DNA of 64,000 nt from an uncultured Acidobacteriota bacterium (GTDB lineage Bacteria; Acidobacteriota; Thermoanaerobaculia; Multivoradales; UBA5704), in contig CAVYRF010000002.1 of NCBI GenBank assembly GCA_963770895.1, positions 352,001-416,000 of the forward strand, in the 5' to 3' direction. Position 1 is the first letter of the stretch, and each line of letters starts with the position of its first letter. Under the pieces are notes generated by a model. The model saw nothing but the letters and a program-made list of their open reading frames with translations, was not told where the DNA came from and did not search any database. Below are positions 19,720-29,127 of this stretch, one piece after another. A program made the position numbers and the translations under genes.

Positions 19720-19904
19720 GCAGTCCGGGGAGGGGCGGATGGCGGGAGGGTCCACTTGGCGGCGCTCTGGGGGCGAGGCAATGCGGGAGCCGCTGGCGAT
19801 ACCGGCTCACCGCCAAGCCGCTTGCCGCCCCGCGAGCCCGCAGCGCGACGACAAGGGAGCCCTCCCGTCATCCGGCCCCGGAGCCGCCGCCTGGGGTTTT
19901 CTTG
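19720..19904 (-). repeat. Dispersed structured repeat, copy 3
   Basis: Inverted homologue of 7694-7877, starting just after the lhgO stop. Confidence 0.85.
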
Positions 19905-19911
19905 CCGCAGG

Positions 19912-21165
19912 CTACGCGTGGGCCAGCGCGCCGGCGGCGATTCCGGCGATGTGCTGGCCGATGCTCAGGGAGGCCGTGGCGGCGGGAGAGGGGGCGTTGA
20001 GGATGTGGAGGGTGGGGGGGGTCGAGATGACGTGGAAGTCGTCGATCAGGTTGCCCTGGGGGTCCAGTTCCATGGCGCGGATGCCGCAGCCGGCGCGGTG
20101 CAGGTCGGTGGGGGCCAGGGTGGGCAGCAGGCGGCGGAGATCGCGCAGGACCAGGGGCGGGGACAGCGAGCGGCGGATCTCGGCCAGACCGGTGCGCCAG
20201 TGGCGGGCGGCGAAGCGCCAGAAGCCGCGGTAGGTGAGGATGTCCAGGGTGTCGCGCAGGGAAAAGCTGCCGCGGCGGTAGCCCTCCCGCTTCCAGGCGA
20301 GGAGCGCGTTGGGACCGGCTTCGACCTGGCCGCTGGTCATGCGGGTGAGGTGGAAGCCCAGGAAGGGGAAGCTGGGGTCGGGGACCGGGTAGATCAGGCC
20401 GCGGACGCGGCTGCGGGCGGCGGGGTCCAGGTCCCAATACTCGCCGCGGAAGGGGACGATGCGGGTATCTGGCCGGTGGCCGCAGAGGCGGGCGACGCGG
20501 TCGGCTTGCAGGCCGGCGCAGTTGATCAGCAGCGCGCAGCTCAGGGGGCCGCGGCGGGTGTCCAGGCGCAGGCCGCCGGGGCGGCTGGGGTCGGGGCGCG
20601 CGGCGAGCAGGCGGGCGCCGGTCACAACGTGGCTGCCGGCGGCGGCGATGCGCCGGGCATAGGCGTTGGCGACGGCGGGATAGTCGACGATGCCGGTTTC
20701 GGGGACCCACAGGGCGGCCAGGCCGGCGGCCTGGGGCTCGAAGTTGTGGATGTCCGCGGCGTCCAGCAGCTGCAGGCCGGCCAGGCCGTTGTCGCGGCCG
20801 CGGCGCTCCAGGGCGGCCAGCGCCGGCAGCTCTTCGGGTGTGACCGCCACCACCAGCTTGCCGCAGCGCTCGTGCGCGACGCCCTCTTCGGCGCAGAAGC
20901 GGTACAGGGCTTCGCGGCCGGCGACGCACAGGGACGCCTTGAGCGAGCCAGGCTTGTAGTACAGCCCCGAATGGATGACACCGCTGTTGCGGCCGCTCTG
21001 GTGGGCGGCCAGGCGGTCTTCGGCCTCCAGCACGGTGACCCGCAGGTCGCCGCGCGCGGCTAGCGCCATGGCGGTGGCCAAGCCGACCAGGCCGCCGCCC
21101 ACGACGGCGACGTCGCAAGCGGCCGGCAGTTCCGATGACCGGTTGGCCGGGCCGCTCACCGGCAC
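19912..21165 (-). CDS. lhgO: L-2-hydroxyglutarate oxidase
   Basis: Motifs VVGGGLVG, HQSGRNSGVIHSGLYYKPGSLKA, INCAGLQADR, YPVPDPSFPFLGFH, NAPSPAATAS. GTG start inferred from a GGGAG RBS. Confidence 0.92.
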   Translation of the reverse strand: MPVSGPANRSSELPAACDVAVVGGGLVGLATAMALAARGDLRVTVLEAEDRLAAHQSGRNSGVIHSGLYYKPGSLKASLCVAGREALYRFCAEEGVAHERCGKLVVAVTPEELPALAALERRGRDNGLAGLQLLDAADIHNFEPQAAGLAALWVPETGIVDYPAVANAYARRIAAAGSHVVTGARLLAARPDPSRPGGLRLDTRRGPLSCALLINCAGLQADRVARLCGHRPDTRIVPFRGEYWDLDPAARSRVRGLIYPVPDPSFPFLGFHLTRMTSGQVEAGPNALLAWKREGYRRGSFSLRDTLDILTYRGFWRFAARHWRTGLAEIRRSLSPPLVLRDLRRLLPTLAPTDLHRAGCGIRAMELDPQGNLIDDFHVISTPPTLHILNAPSPAATASLSIGQHIAGIAAGALAHA

Positions 21166-21211
21166 GCAACCGCTCCCGGCGCGCCGGCCAGGGAGGGGCG
21201 GCTGGCCGGGG

Positions 21212-21934
21212 TCAGGGCTGGAGCCTTTCGATCGTCCATTCTTCACCACCGGCGCCACCATCGCCACCATCACCGCCAGCGCTGCTAGCGCTGCCGTCGC
21301 CGCCGGCGGCGGCTTCGCCGCGAGGGCCGGCGTCGCGGCGGCGGTAGACCAGGCGGTCGTGGAGGCGATTGCGGCGGCCCTGCCAGAATTCCACCCGGAT
21401 GGGGCGAAGGCGGTAGCCGCCCCAGAAGTCGGGCGCCGGGATGTCGCCGCCGGCGAAGCGCTGGGCGGCGGCGGCGTAGGCGTGCTCCAGGTCGGCGCGG
21501 CCGGCGACCGGTTGGCTCTGGCGCGAGGCCCAGGCGCCGAGCCGCGAGGCGGCGGGGCGGGTGGCGAAGTAGGCGGCGGTTTCGGCGCGGCTGGTCTGCT
21601 CGACCTGGCCTTCGATGCGCACTTGGCGGTCGAGCGCCGGCCAGTGGAAGGCCAGCGCCGCGTGGGGATTGGCGGCCAGGTCGCGCGCCTTGCGGCTGCC
21701 GTAGTTGGTGAAGAAGACAAATCCGCGCTGGTCGTATCCCTTGAGCAGAACGGTGCGGGCGGAGGGCCGCCCCTGGGGATCGACGGTGGCGAGCGTCATC
21801 GCCGTGGGGTCCAGCACGTCGGCGGCAAGGGCCTGCTCCATCCAGGCGCGGAACTGCGCGACCGGCTCGGGCGCCAGGTCGCGCTCGTCCAGGCCGCCCA
21901 GGGTGTAGTCGCGGCGCAGGTCGGAGACGTCCAT
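21212..21934 (-). CDS. pdxH: Pyridoxine/pyridoxamine 5'-phosphate oxidase
   Basis: Motifs LRRDY, RTVLLK, FFTNYGSRK, RQVRIEG, EFWQGRRNRLHDR, WTIERLQP. Confidence 0.95.
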   Translation of the reverse strand: MDVSDLRRDYTLGGLDERDLAPEPVAQFRAWMEQALAADVLDPTAMTLATVDPQGRPSARTVLLKGYDQRGFVFFTNYGSRKARDLAANPHAALAFHWPALDRQVRIEGQVEQTSRAETAAYFATRPAASRLGAWASRQSQPVAGRADLEHAYAAAAQRFAGGDIPAPDFWGGYRLRPIRVEFWQGRRNRLHDRLVYRRRDAGPRGEAAAGGDGSASSAGGDGGDGGAGGEEWTIERLQP

Positions 21935-21975
21935 AAGCGGGGGGTGCGGGGCGGGGGCGCCGGGCGGGTTGGGGT

Positions 21976-22686
21976 TTATTGTCCGCTCTTCTGCTTCTGG
22001 TAGGTGCCGACCAGCTGGGCGCGGGCGACGACGTGGCCCTGGATGGCCTGCTCCAGGTGCTTCTTGTCGGGGGTGCCGAGGTCGGGGAGCGGGGTGTCCA
22101 GGGCGTACAGCTTGAAGAAGTAGCGGTGGCGGCCGACCGGCGGGCAGGGCGCGCCGTAGCCGGTGCGGCCCCAATCGTTGTTGCCCTGGCGCGTGCCGGC
22201 GAGCAGCGCTGCCGCCGCCACCCCTTCGGTCAGGCCGCGGGCGGTGGACGGCAGGTCGTACAGCACCCAATGCACCCAGGTGGTCTTGGGTGCCTGCGGA
22301 TCGGGGGCGTCGGGATCGTCGACGATCAGGACCAGGCTGCGGGCGTTGCCCGGCACCCCGCTCCACGCCAGGGGCGGCGAGACTTCCGCGCTACCTCCCG
22401 CCACCTCGCAGCTGTAGCGGGCCGGGATCTCACCCTGGTTGGCGAACGCGGTCGAGGTCAGGATGAGAGGCACGGGGGCGCCTGGCGGTGCGGCAGCGCC
22501 GGCGGCTCCTGGCGGCGCGGCGGCACTGGCGGCGCCGGCGGAGATCGCCGCCGGCGCCAGGGCAAAGGCCAGGGCCAGGGCCAGGCGCAGGGCCGCCGGC
22601 ACGATCCGGGCGCGGGCCGCAATGGCCACGATGGGCACGATGGGCGCGATGGGCGCGATCGGGGTCTGTCGAGTGTGGGTTCGCAC
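21976..22686 (-). CDS. YbhB/YbcL family (PEBP/RKIP-like) exported protein
   Basis: Motifs SPPLAWSGVP, DDPDAP, WVHWV, GYGAPCPPVGRHRYFF. Start uncertain. Confidence 0.88.
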   Translation of the reverse strand: MRTHTRQTPIAPIAPIVPIVAIAARARIVPAALRLALALAFALAPAAISAGAASAAAPPGAAGAAAPPGAPVPLILTSTAFANQGEIPARYSCEVAGGSAEVSPPLAWSGVPGNARSLVLIVDDPDAPDPQAPKTTWVHWVLYDLPSTARGLTEGVAAAALLAGTRQGNNDWGRTGYGAPCPPVGRHRYFFKLYALDTPLPDLGTPDKKHLEQAIQGHVVARAQLVGTYQKQKSGQ

Positions 22687-22891
22687 GGGCCGATTGTATG
22701 CCGAAGTGACGGCCAGACAGGACGGCCGGGGGACCGGCGCGCGGCCGTGGTTCGTCCACGGCGCTACTTCTGACATCTCCCGAAGGGATTTGATAACGCG
22801 GCCGGGACAGCACTCCGCAACCGGTGATCGAATCACGTCCAAATAGCTGTAGCAAAGCGATTTGCAGGATTGATCAGATTTCTCGCGCAAC

Positions 22892-22921
22892 TTGACTTAC
22901 GCCTCTTTAACGCCTTACATT
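22892..22921 (+). promoter_or_regulatory. Sigma70-type promoter for imuA, probably leaderless
   Basis: TTGACT-N18-TACATT in an AT-rich patch. ATG lies 6 nt downstream and has no RBS. Confidence 0.6.
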
Positions 22922-22927
22922 CAGGCC

Positions 22928-24109
22928 ATGCCGAGCGCCTCCCAAGCCCTTGAACGCGTGCGCGACGCCCTGGCGCGATCGTCCGCGCCGCTGCCCGCGC
23001 ACGCGCCGCTGATCGCCCAGCTGCGCAGCGCCCGCGACTTCGGCCGGACGGCCGTTGAAGCGGCGGCCGAGGCGCCGGCCCCGCTTGCCACCACCGTCGC
23101 CGCCGTGGACGATCTACTGGCCGGCGGCCTGCCGCGCGGCCAGCTGGTCGAGCTGATCGGCGGGCGCTCCAGCGGCCGCTTCTCGACCGTCCTGGCCGCC
23201 CTGGCCGCCGCCACCGCGGCGGGCGAAGCGGCGGCGCTGGTCGATCTCGGCGACGGGCTCGACCCGCAGGCCGCCATCACCCTGGGGGTGGACCTGCCGC
23301 GGCTCCTCTGGCTGCGCCCCTCCACCCTCAAGCAGGCCCTGGCCTGCGCCGAAATCCTCATCGGCGGCGGCTTCTCCCTGGTGGCCCTCGAGCTCGGCCC
23401 TCCCCCGGTGCCCGGCGGCCGGGGGCTGGAGGCCGCCTGGCTGCGCCTGGCCCGCGCCGCCCAGGCCCACCACACCGCCCTGCTCATCGCCAGCCCCTAC
23501 CGCGTCAGCGGCACCGCCGCCGCCGCCGTCCTGCAGGCTACCCGCTCCCGCGTCCTGTGGCACGGCCTCGCTCCTTGCCACCACACCCTTGCCGCGGAAA
23601 CGGGTGCGCCGGCGGCAGGGATGCAATGGACGCCCCGGGACCAGGCAGCGGACCGGGCCGCATCTCCCCTGCTTTCGGGACTGGCAGCCGCCGTGACGCT
23701 CGAAAAGCGCCGCAACCAGGCGCCCTCCACCGCCCAAACCGCCAGCCCCCTGACGCTGTGGCTGCCCGAAGCCGCCGCCCTGCTCGATCCCCTGCCCTCG
23801 CACCGGCGCGCGGCACCGCCGGCAAGCGCCAGAGCGGCGATCGGCAAAGCCGCCAGACCCGCCGGGGTGGTCGCCGCCATGTCACCTTCGCCGGCGGGGC
23901 CGGCATCCCTGCCGGAGGAGGTGGCGGCGACACCGCCGATGCCGCTCCTGTCGCCGGCCGCGACGCGGTATCGGCGGCGGACGTCCGACCGGGTGTCGCC
24001 GCGCGCGGCGCTCGCCCAGCCGCCCGCGGCCCCGGCGGCGGCGGCCGGCGGCGACCTTCCGGCGCCCCGCGCCGTCGCCTCGGGGTACCGGCGTGCTCGC
24101 CGGGGTTGA
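22928..24109 (+). CDS. imuA: ImuA-like RecA-fold mutagenesis protein
   Basis: DDLLAGGLPRGQLVELIGGRSSGR (degenerate Walker A), AALVD, GVDLPRLLWLRP; lies upstream of an imuB-like gene. Confidence 0.8.
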   Translation: MPSASQALERVRDALARSSAPLPAHAPLIAQLRSARDFGRTAVEAAAEAPAPLATTVAAVDDLLAGGLPRGQLVELIGGRSSGRFSTVLAALAAATAAGEAAALVDLGDGLDPQAAITLGVDLPRLLWLRPSTLKQALACAEILIGGGFSLVALELGPPPVPGGRGLEAAWLRLARAAQAHHTALLIASPYRVSGTAAAAVLQATRSRVLWHGLAPCHHTLAAETGAPAAGMQWTPRDQAADRAASPLLSGLAAAVTLEKRRNQAPSTAQTASPLTLWLPEAAALLDPLPSHRRAAPPASARAAIGKAARPAGVVAAMSPSPAGPASLPEEVAATPPMPLLSPAATRYRRRTSDRVSPRAALAQPPAAPAAAAGGDLPAPRAVASGYRRARRG

Positions 24110-24125
24110 GGTTGAGGGTCGCGTC

Positions 24126-25919
24126 GTGGTTGCCTCCCGGCTTGCCTGCGTCGTCGTCTCGCTCTTCCCGCTGGCGGCCCGTCTGCGCAGCGAACCCGAG
24201 CTGACGCGGGAGGCGCTGGTCATCGTCGAAGGCAACGGCGGCGGCGCCGGCGTGGTCGCCGCTTCCCGTTTGGCGCGCCGCGCCGGCGTGCGGCCCGGCC
24301 TCAGCCTGACCCAGGCGCGGGCGCTCATCCCCAAGCTGGTGGCGCGGCCGCGCGACGTGGAATGCGAGCGCGCGGCCCAGGAAGCTCTGCTGGAAGCCGC
24401 CGACCGCTTCTCGCCGCGCGTCGAGGATGCCGGCGGCGGCATCGCCTACCTCGACATCGACGGCATCGACCGCCGCTTCCGCCGCACCATCGCCGCCGCG
24501 TTGACCGCGTCCGCCGCGTCGACCGCGTCGGCGGCGCCGGCGGCGGCCGCCGAGCTGGAGCTGGGGCGCGCGCTGCTCGCCGCCACGGCGGCGGCAAGCC
24601 TGCCGGCCAAGGCCGGGATCGCCTCCAGCAAGCTGGCCGCCATGGTGGCCGCCGGCCTGGCGGACTCTCCCGGCATCGTCGCGGCGGGCCAGGAGGCGGC
24701 TTTTCTGGCGCCGCTGCCGCTCGATTGCCTGCTGCCCAGCCTGGAGCTGGTCCCCCTGCGCGGGTCCGCCGCCACCGGCCCCGAGGCCCCCGGCGGCGCC
24801 GGCATCCTGCAGATCGCGGCGACCCTGGAGCGCTGGGGGATTCGCACCATCGGCGATTTTGCCGGCCTGCCCGCGGCGCGCGTGAGCAGTCGCCTGGGGA
24901 GCCTCGGCCGTGCGCTGCATGCCACGGCCCGCGGCATCGATTCCCGTCCCCTGGTGCCCCGCCAGCCGCCGCCCGCCTTTCATGAAGGCATGGACCTGGA
25001 ATGGCCGCTGGTGACGCTGGAGCCCTTTCTGTTCGTCGGCCGGCCGGCGCTCGAGCGGCTGTGCGGGCGCCTGGAGGGGCACGGACTCGCCTGTTCGCGG
25101 CTGGAGCTGGCGCTGCGCCTGGACCCGGAAGGGCACCAGCTGCGCACCATCGACCTGCCCGCCCCGACCCGCGACGTCAAGACGCTCCTGACGCTGCTCC
25201 GCCTGGAGCTGGAAGCGCATCCGCCGGGGGCCCCGGTGGCCGGCTTCACCCTCGCCGCCCGCCCGGACCGCCCCCGCGAGGCCCAGCTGTCCCTGTACGG
25301 CCCGGCGGCGCTCTCACCGGACAAGCTGGCCGCCACCCTGGCGCGGCTGTTCGCCCTGTTGGGGCCGGACCGCATCGGCTCGCCGCGGCCGGTCGCGGGG
25401 CACCGCCCCGAGCGGCTGGCGCTGGTCGCCTACGCTCCCCCGCCGCCGCCCGAGGTGCGGCGCGACCCCAGGCGCACCACCGGCCGCGGCCTGCTGTCGA
25501 TCCGGGTGGTGCGGCCGGCGCTCGCCATCGAAGTGATCGTGGAGGAGCCGCAGCAGCTCGGGGCGCCCGCACCCCAGCCGGCGCGACAACCCCAGCCGCT
25601 GCCGGCGGACGCGGCCGTGCCCGCACCCGAAGACGCGGCGGCGCCCGCGCCCGCGGCCGCGGACATGGGCACCGGCGAGCCCTGCATGCTGCCGCCCGTC
25701 GAGATCCTGCCCGTGGTCAGCGAGGACACCGCGGGGCGGCCGCGGATTGCCGGACGGGTGAAGGTGGCCGCCGGCCCCTGGGGGCTGGAAGACGAATGGT
25801 GGACTCCCAACCCGACAGGCCGCGACTATTGGGACGTCGAGCTGGCCACAGGCGGCCTGTATCGCATCTTCCGCGACCGGGCCTCCAGCTGCTGGTACGC
25901 CGACGGGATCTACGACTGA
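24126..25919 (+). CDS. imuB: ImuB-like inactive Y-family polymerase
   Basis: Y-family fold motifs (AGVRPGLSLTQAR, FSPRVE, YLDIDG, WGIRTIGD) without the catalytic carboxylates, clamp-like motif QLSLY, C-terminal EWW...RDYWDVE...GIYD. Start 24093 or 24126. Confidence 0.85.
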   Translation: MVASRLACVVVSLFPLAARLRSEPELTREALVIVEGNGGGAGVVAASRLARRAGVRPGLSLTQARALIPKLVARPRDVECERAAQEALLEAADRFSPRVEDAGGGIAYLDIDGIDRRFRRTIAAALTASAASTASAAPAAAAELELGRALLAATAAASLPAKAGIASSKLAAMVAAGLADSPGIVAAGQEAAFLAPLPLDCLLPSLELVPLRGSAATGPEAPGGAGILQIAATLERWGIRTIGDFAGLPAARVSSRLGSLGRALHATARGIDSRPLVPRQPPPAFHEGMDLEWPLVTLEPFLFVGRPALERLCGRLEGHGLACSRLELALRLDPEGHQLRTIDLPAPTRDVKTLLTLLRLELEAHPPGAPVAGFTLAARPDRPREAQLSLYGPAALSPDKLAATLARLFALLGPDRIGSPRPVAGHRPERLALVAYAPPPPPEVRRDPRRTTGRGLLSIRVVRPALAIEVIVEEPQQLGAPAPQPARQPQPLPADAAVPAPEDAAAPAPAAADMGTGEPCMLPPVEILPVVSEDTAGRPRIAGRVKVAAGPWGLEDEWWTPNPTGRDYWDVELATGGLYRIFRDRASSCWYADGIYD

Positions 25920-25948
25920 CAGGACTGGGCTGGACTGGAAACCGGGGG

Positions 25949-26003
25949 AAAAACAAAACCGGCGGGCGCCGGCCTCAACTGCGAGAGAGGCCGGCGCCCG
26001 CCG
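25949..26003 (-). terminator. Intrinsic terminator, possibly bidirectional
   Basis: 17-bp perfect stem cggcgggcgccggcctc/gaggccggcgcccgccg with a T tract on the minus strand, between convergent genes. Confidence 0.85.
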
Positions 26004-26027
26004 AAGGGCTTACGGAGGGCTACGTGC

Positions 26028-27320
26028 TTACGGCACGAAGTGGTTGGCGGCGCAAGCGCTGTCAAGCCGGATCGCGTCGATACCGACCGCGTACTGGCCG
26101 TTCTGCGACAACGTTGCAACCACCCACGCCTGCGCCGCGGCCGGGTCGACCGGCGGCAAACCAGGCGCCGCGACCGGCTCGGTCACGTTCAGGTCGAGGT
26201 ACAACCAACCGAACGAGAACGGCACCGCCAGGTTCGGACCACCGACAACCGTCCGCTGCGTTTCCGCCGGGAACGGCGACTGCGTCGTGGTGGGCGGCGG
26301 CGGCGAGATCGGGATCGTGGTCGGCGTGACCGGGTGCTCCTGCTCGTCGAAGATCACCAGGCCTTCTTCAGCCAACGGATACCAGATCGGAGTGACCCCC
26401 GGGTTGACCGGGCAGGTGAACGCGCCCTGGGCAACCTTCGAGTCGCGCCACACCAGCAGCGAGGTGCCACCGTTGAAGCCGCCACCGTTGAGGAAACGGG
26501 TGGCAAACGTGGTGGCCAACGGCTCACGGTTATCGACCGCGGTGAAGGCGTCGTACCGGCCGTAGAACGTGTACCGACCCGAGGTCGAGGTCGCCGGGTT
26601 GGTGGCATCCGCTTCGATGTGCACCAGGTCGCCGCCCTCGGCAAAGTTCTCGGTCGAGTTGACGATGAACCAGTCGCCCCACAGCACGTTCTGGTTGGTC
26701 ACGTCGCCCGTGCCGCCGGCAGCGAAGTAGCCGGTGTCGCCGGGGAACCGCAGGGTGCAGTTGTTGACCGTGTCCATCGTGATGTAGCCACGGGCGATGT
26801 TGTCACCCAGCGCCTGGGCGGAGCAGTTGCCGCCCAGAATCGCCGACGGCAGACCGGTCAGCGACTCCTGAAGGTGGGTGGTGTAGGCCGCCGGCAGCTG
26901 GGGCGGAGGCAGTACGTTGGTGCAGCTGGCGAAGTTGATGTCCTGCGAGAAGCTGCCCTTCGGGCTGATGGTGTCGTCCGGATCCTGCCCCGCCGAGGCG
27001 GTCTGCGGCAGGTTGCCGTTGATGATGATGTCGCGCAGGTTGACCGACTGAACGTCATAGCCGGTCAGATAGATGTTGAAGTCGAGGACGGGCACCGACA
27101 GGTCGGTCCAGATGACGGCGTGGACCAATACCGCGGTCGCCGACGCGTTGTTCACCGAGAACAACGTGGTCAACCCGTTCGGGTTGTTCAAATCCACCTC
27201 GAAGTAGGGCAGCAGCAGCGTCGCCGCCGGCACCGCATCGATGGTGCAGATCACCGCCGACATTGGTGCGGCAAGAGCCAACGCTCCTACCAACGCTAGA
27301 CACAAGACCACGCGACTCAT
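26028..27320 (-). CDS. Secreted beta-rich protein, paralogue A (S-layer candidate)
   Basis: Signal peptide, CTIDAVPAATLLLPYFEVD motif, A-run + GGAGG RBS, own promoter and terminator. Confidence 0.85.
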   Translation of the reverse strand: MSRVVLCLALVGALALAAPMSAVICTIDAVPAATLLLPYFEVDLNNPNGLTTLFSVNNASATAVLVHAVIWTDLSVPVLDFNIYLTGYDVQSVNLRDIIINGNLPQTASAGQDPDDTISPKGSFSQDINFASCTNVLPPPQLPAAYTTHLQESLTGLPSAILGGNCSAQALGDNIARGYITMDTVNNCTLRFPGDTGYFAAGGTGDVTNQNVLWGDWFIVNSTENFAEGGDLVHIEADATNPATSTSGRYTFYGRYDAFTAVDNREPLATTFATRFLNGGGFNGGTSLLVWRDSKVAQGAFTCPVNPGVTPIWYPLAEEGLVIFDEQEHPVTPTTIPISPPPPTTTQSPFPAETQRTVVGGPNLAVPFSFGWLYLDLNVTEPVAAPGLPPVDPAAAQAWVVATLSQNGQYAVGIDAIRLDSACAANHFVP

Positions 27321-27573
27321 CTAGAACCTCCTTTTTTTTTCGACCAAAAGTGGTCAGCGTCGGGGTGACGCAATCTCCTCTTCCGGTACCGGCGGCGACC
27401 ATCCTGGTGGCCGCCAGCAGCCGGAGACATTCCTAGACGCCAATTGCCGGAGGCGCCGATCGCGAAGCGACCGCCGACCAGACCGGCAACAGGTGCGACT
27501 TGACCAGGGTCCGCCCTCGGACCCAAACCGCTGGTGGTACTAGACTTACGGCAATCAGACGAATAGCGCCGGT

Positions 27574-27602
27574 ACTATATAACTGACGCTCCGCTAATGC
27601 AA
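27574..27602 (-). promoter_or_regulatory. Near-consensus sigma70 promoter
   Basis: Minus strand TTGCAT-N17-TATAGT, ~250 nt upstream of ATG 27320. Confidence 0.7.
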
Positions 27603-27661
27603 GCCCGCGCCGGCGCAAGCCGCCCGCCAGGTCCCCCCGGCGGCGGCTGCGGTGCCGGAGC

Positions 27662-28984
27662 TCAGAAGATGGCAGAACCAGGCACGGCATGATTGGCGGC
27701 ACAGGCGCTGTCCAGGCGGATGGCTTCGATGCCGACGGCAAACCGGCCGCTGGTCTCGAAGAAGCCGGTCACGAAAGCCTGGGCGGCGGCAGGGTCGACC
27801 GGCGGATTGTTACCGGCGGCGGCGACCGTGGTGTTGAGGTCGAGATATAACCAACCGAAGGCGAACGGCACGGGAAATGGTCCGGTGCCTCCGACCAGCG
27901 TGCGCTGCGCTTCCGCCGGGAAGGGGACGATGCTCTCGGTCGGCGGCTGCGGCGAAATCGGCAGCGTGGTAATCACCGCCGGATGCTCCTGCTCGTCGAA
28001 GATCACGATGCCTTCCTGTCCGAGCGGATACCAGGCCGGCCGCACGCCCAAGGTCGCCGGGCAGGTGAAGGCGCCCTGCGCCACCTTGGAATCGCGCCAC
28101 ACCGCGAGCGTCGAGCCGCCGGTGAAGGCGCCGCCGTTGAAGAAGCGGATGGCGAAGTTGGTCGCCAGCGGTTCGCGGTTGTCCACCGCGGTCCAGGCGT
28201 CGTAGCGGCCATAGAAGGTGTAGCGGCCGGCCGTCGACGTGGCGGGATTGGTGGCGTCGGCTTCGATATGGACCAGCGTGCCCGATTCGGCGGCAATCGA
28301 CTTGTCCCGCACCCAGTCGCCCCAGAGGACGTTCTGGTTGGTGGCGTCGCCGGTGCCCCCGGCCGCGAAGTAGCCCACGTCGCCGGGGAAGCGCAGGGTG
28401 CAGTTGCTGACCGTGTCGACCGTGACGTAGCCGCGGGCGATGTTGTCGCCCAGCGCCTGGCCGGCGCAGTTGCCGCCCAGGATCGCCGAAGGCTGGCCGG
28501 TCAGCGACGCCTGCAGGTGGGTAATGTAGGTCGCCGGCAGCTGTGGCGGCGGCAGGACGCCGGTGCAGCTGGCGAAGTTGATGTCCTGCGAGAAGCTCCC
28601 CTTGGGGCTGATGGTGTCGGTCGGGTCCTGCCCCGCCGAGGCGGTCTGCGGCAGGTTGCCGTACACGATGATGTCGCGCAGGTTGATCGTCTGCACGTCG
28701 TAGCCGGTGAGGTAGACGTTGAAGTCGAGCACCGGCACCGACAGATCCGACCAGATGACGACATGCGTCAACACCGCCGTCGCCGACGCGTTGTTGATCG
28801 AAAACAGCGTCTGCGTGCCGCTGGGGTTTTGCAGGTCCACTTCAAAGTACGGCAGCAGCAGCGTCGCCGCCGGCACCGCGTCGATGGTGCAGATGATGGC
28901 GCCCGCAGGCGCCGGGGCCACCACCAGCAGGCCCGCGACGGTCAGCAGGCCCGCCACGGCGAACCAGCACCTTCCCGTCTCCAT
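27662..28984 (-). CDS. Secreted beta-rich protein, paralogue B
   Basis: Highly similar to 26028-27320 over the whole mature region. ATG 28984 with GGAGG/GAGG RBS and a signal peptide. Confidence 0.85.
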   Translation of the reverse strand: METGRCWFAVAGLLTVAGLLVVAPAPAGAIICTIDAVPAATLLLPYFEVDLQNPSGTQTLFSINNASATAVLTHVVIWSDLSVPVLDFNVYLTGYDVQTINLRDIIVYGNLPQTASAGQDPTDTISPKGSFSQDINFASCTGVLPPPQLPATYITHLQASLTGQPSAILGGNCAGQALGDNIARGYVTVDTVSNCTLRFPGDVGYFAAGGTGDATNQNVLWGDWVRDKSIAAESGTLVHIEADATNPATSTAGRYTFYGRYDAWTAVDNREPLATNFAIRFFNGGAFTGGSTLAVWRDSKVAQGAFTCPATLGVRPAWYPLGQEGIVIFDEQEHPAVITTLPISPQPPTESIVPFPAEAQRTLVGGTGPFPVPFAFGWLYLDLNTTVAAAGNNPPVDPAAAQAFVTGFFETSGRFAVGIEAIRLDSACAANHAVPGSAIF

Positions 28985-29127
28985 CCTCAAGTCCTCCAAA
29001 CCCCGCTCGATCGACGCAGCGCTCCTGGCGGGGTGAACGCACCAGAAATGACGACAACACCGTGAGTATATGCCGGGCTCGCCCCGGCTGTCACGCGCCG
29101 GGGCGGCCACGGCGGAGGCCGTCGCCC

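Noticed and set aside
19912-21720. 602-aa ORF suggesting a long N-terminal extension or pdxH-lhgO fusion
   Set aside because: The extension is an off-frame read of pdxH; lhgO has its own RBS and GTG at 21165.
21240-22665. Short tandem 9-mers (GGD repeats in pdxH, PIA/PIV in ybhB) as contingency loci
   Set aside because: In-frame low-complexity insertions like those in many genes here; they do not shift the frame.
22900-22927. Known LexA boxes upstream of imuA
   Set aside because: No adequate match to CTGT-N8-ACAG, GAAC-N4-GTTC, GTTC-N7-GTTC or the Myxococcus box.
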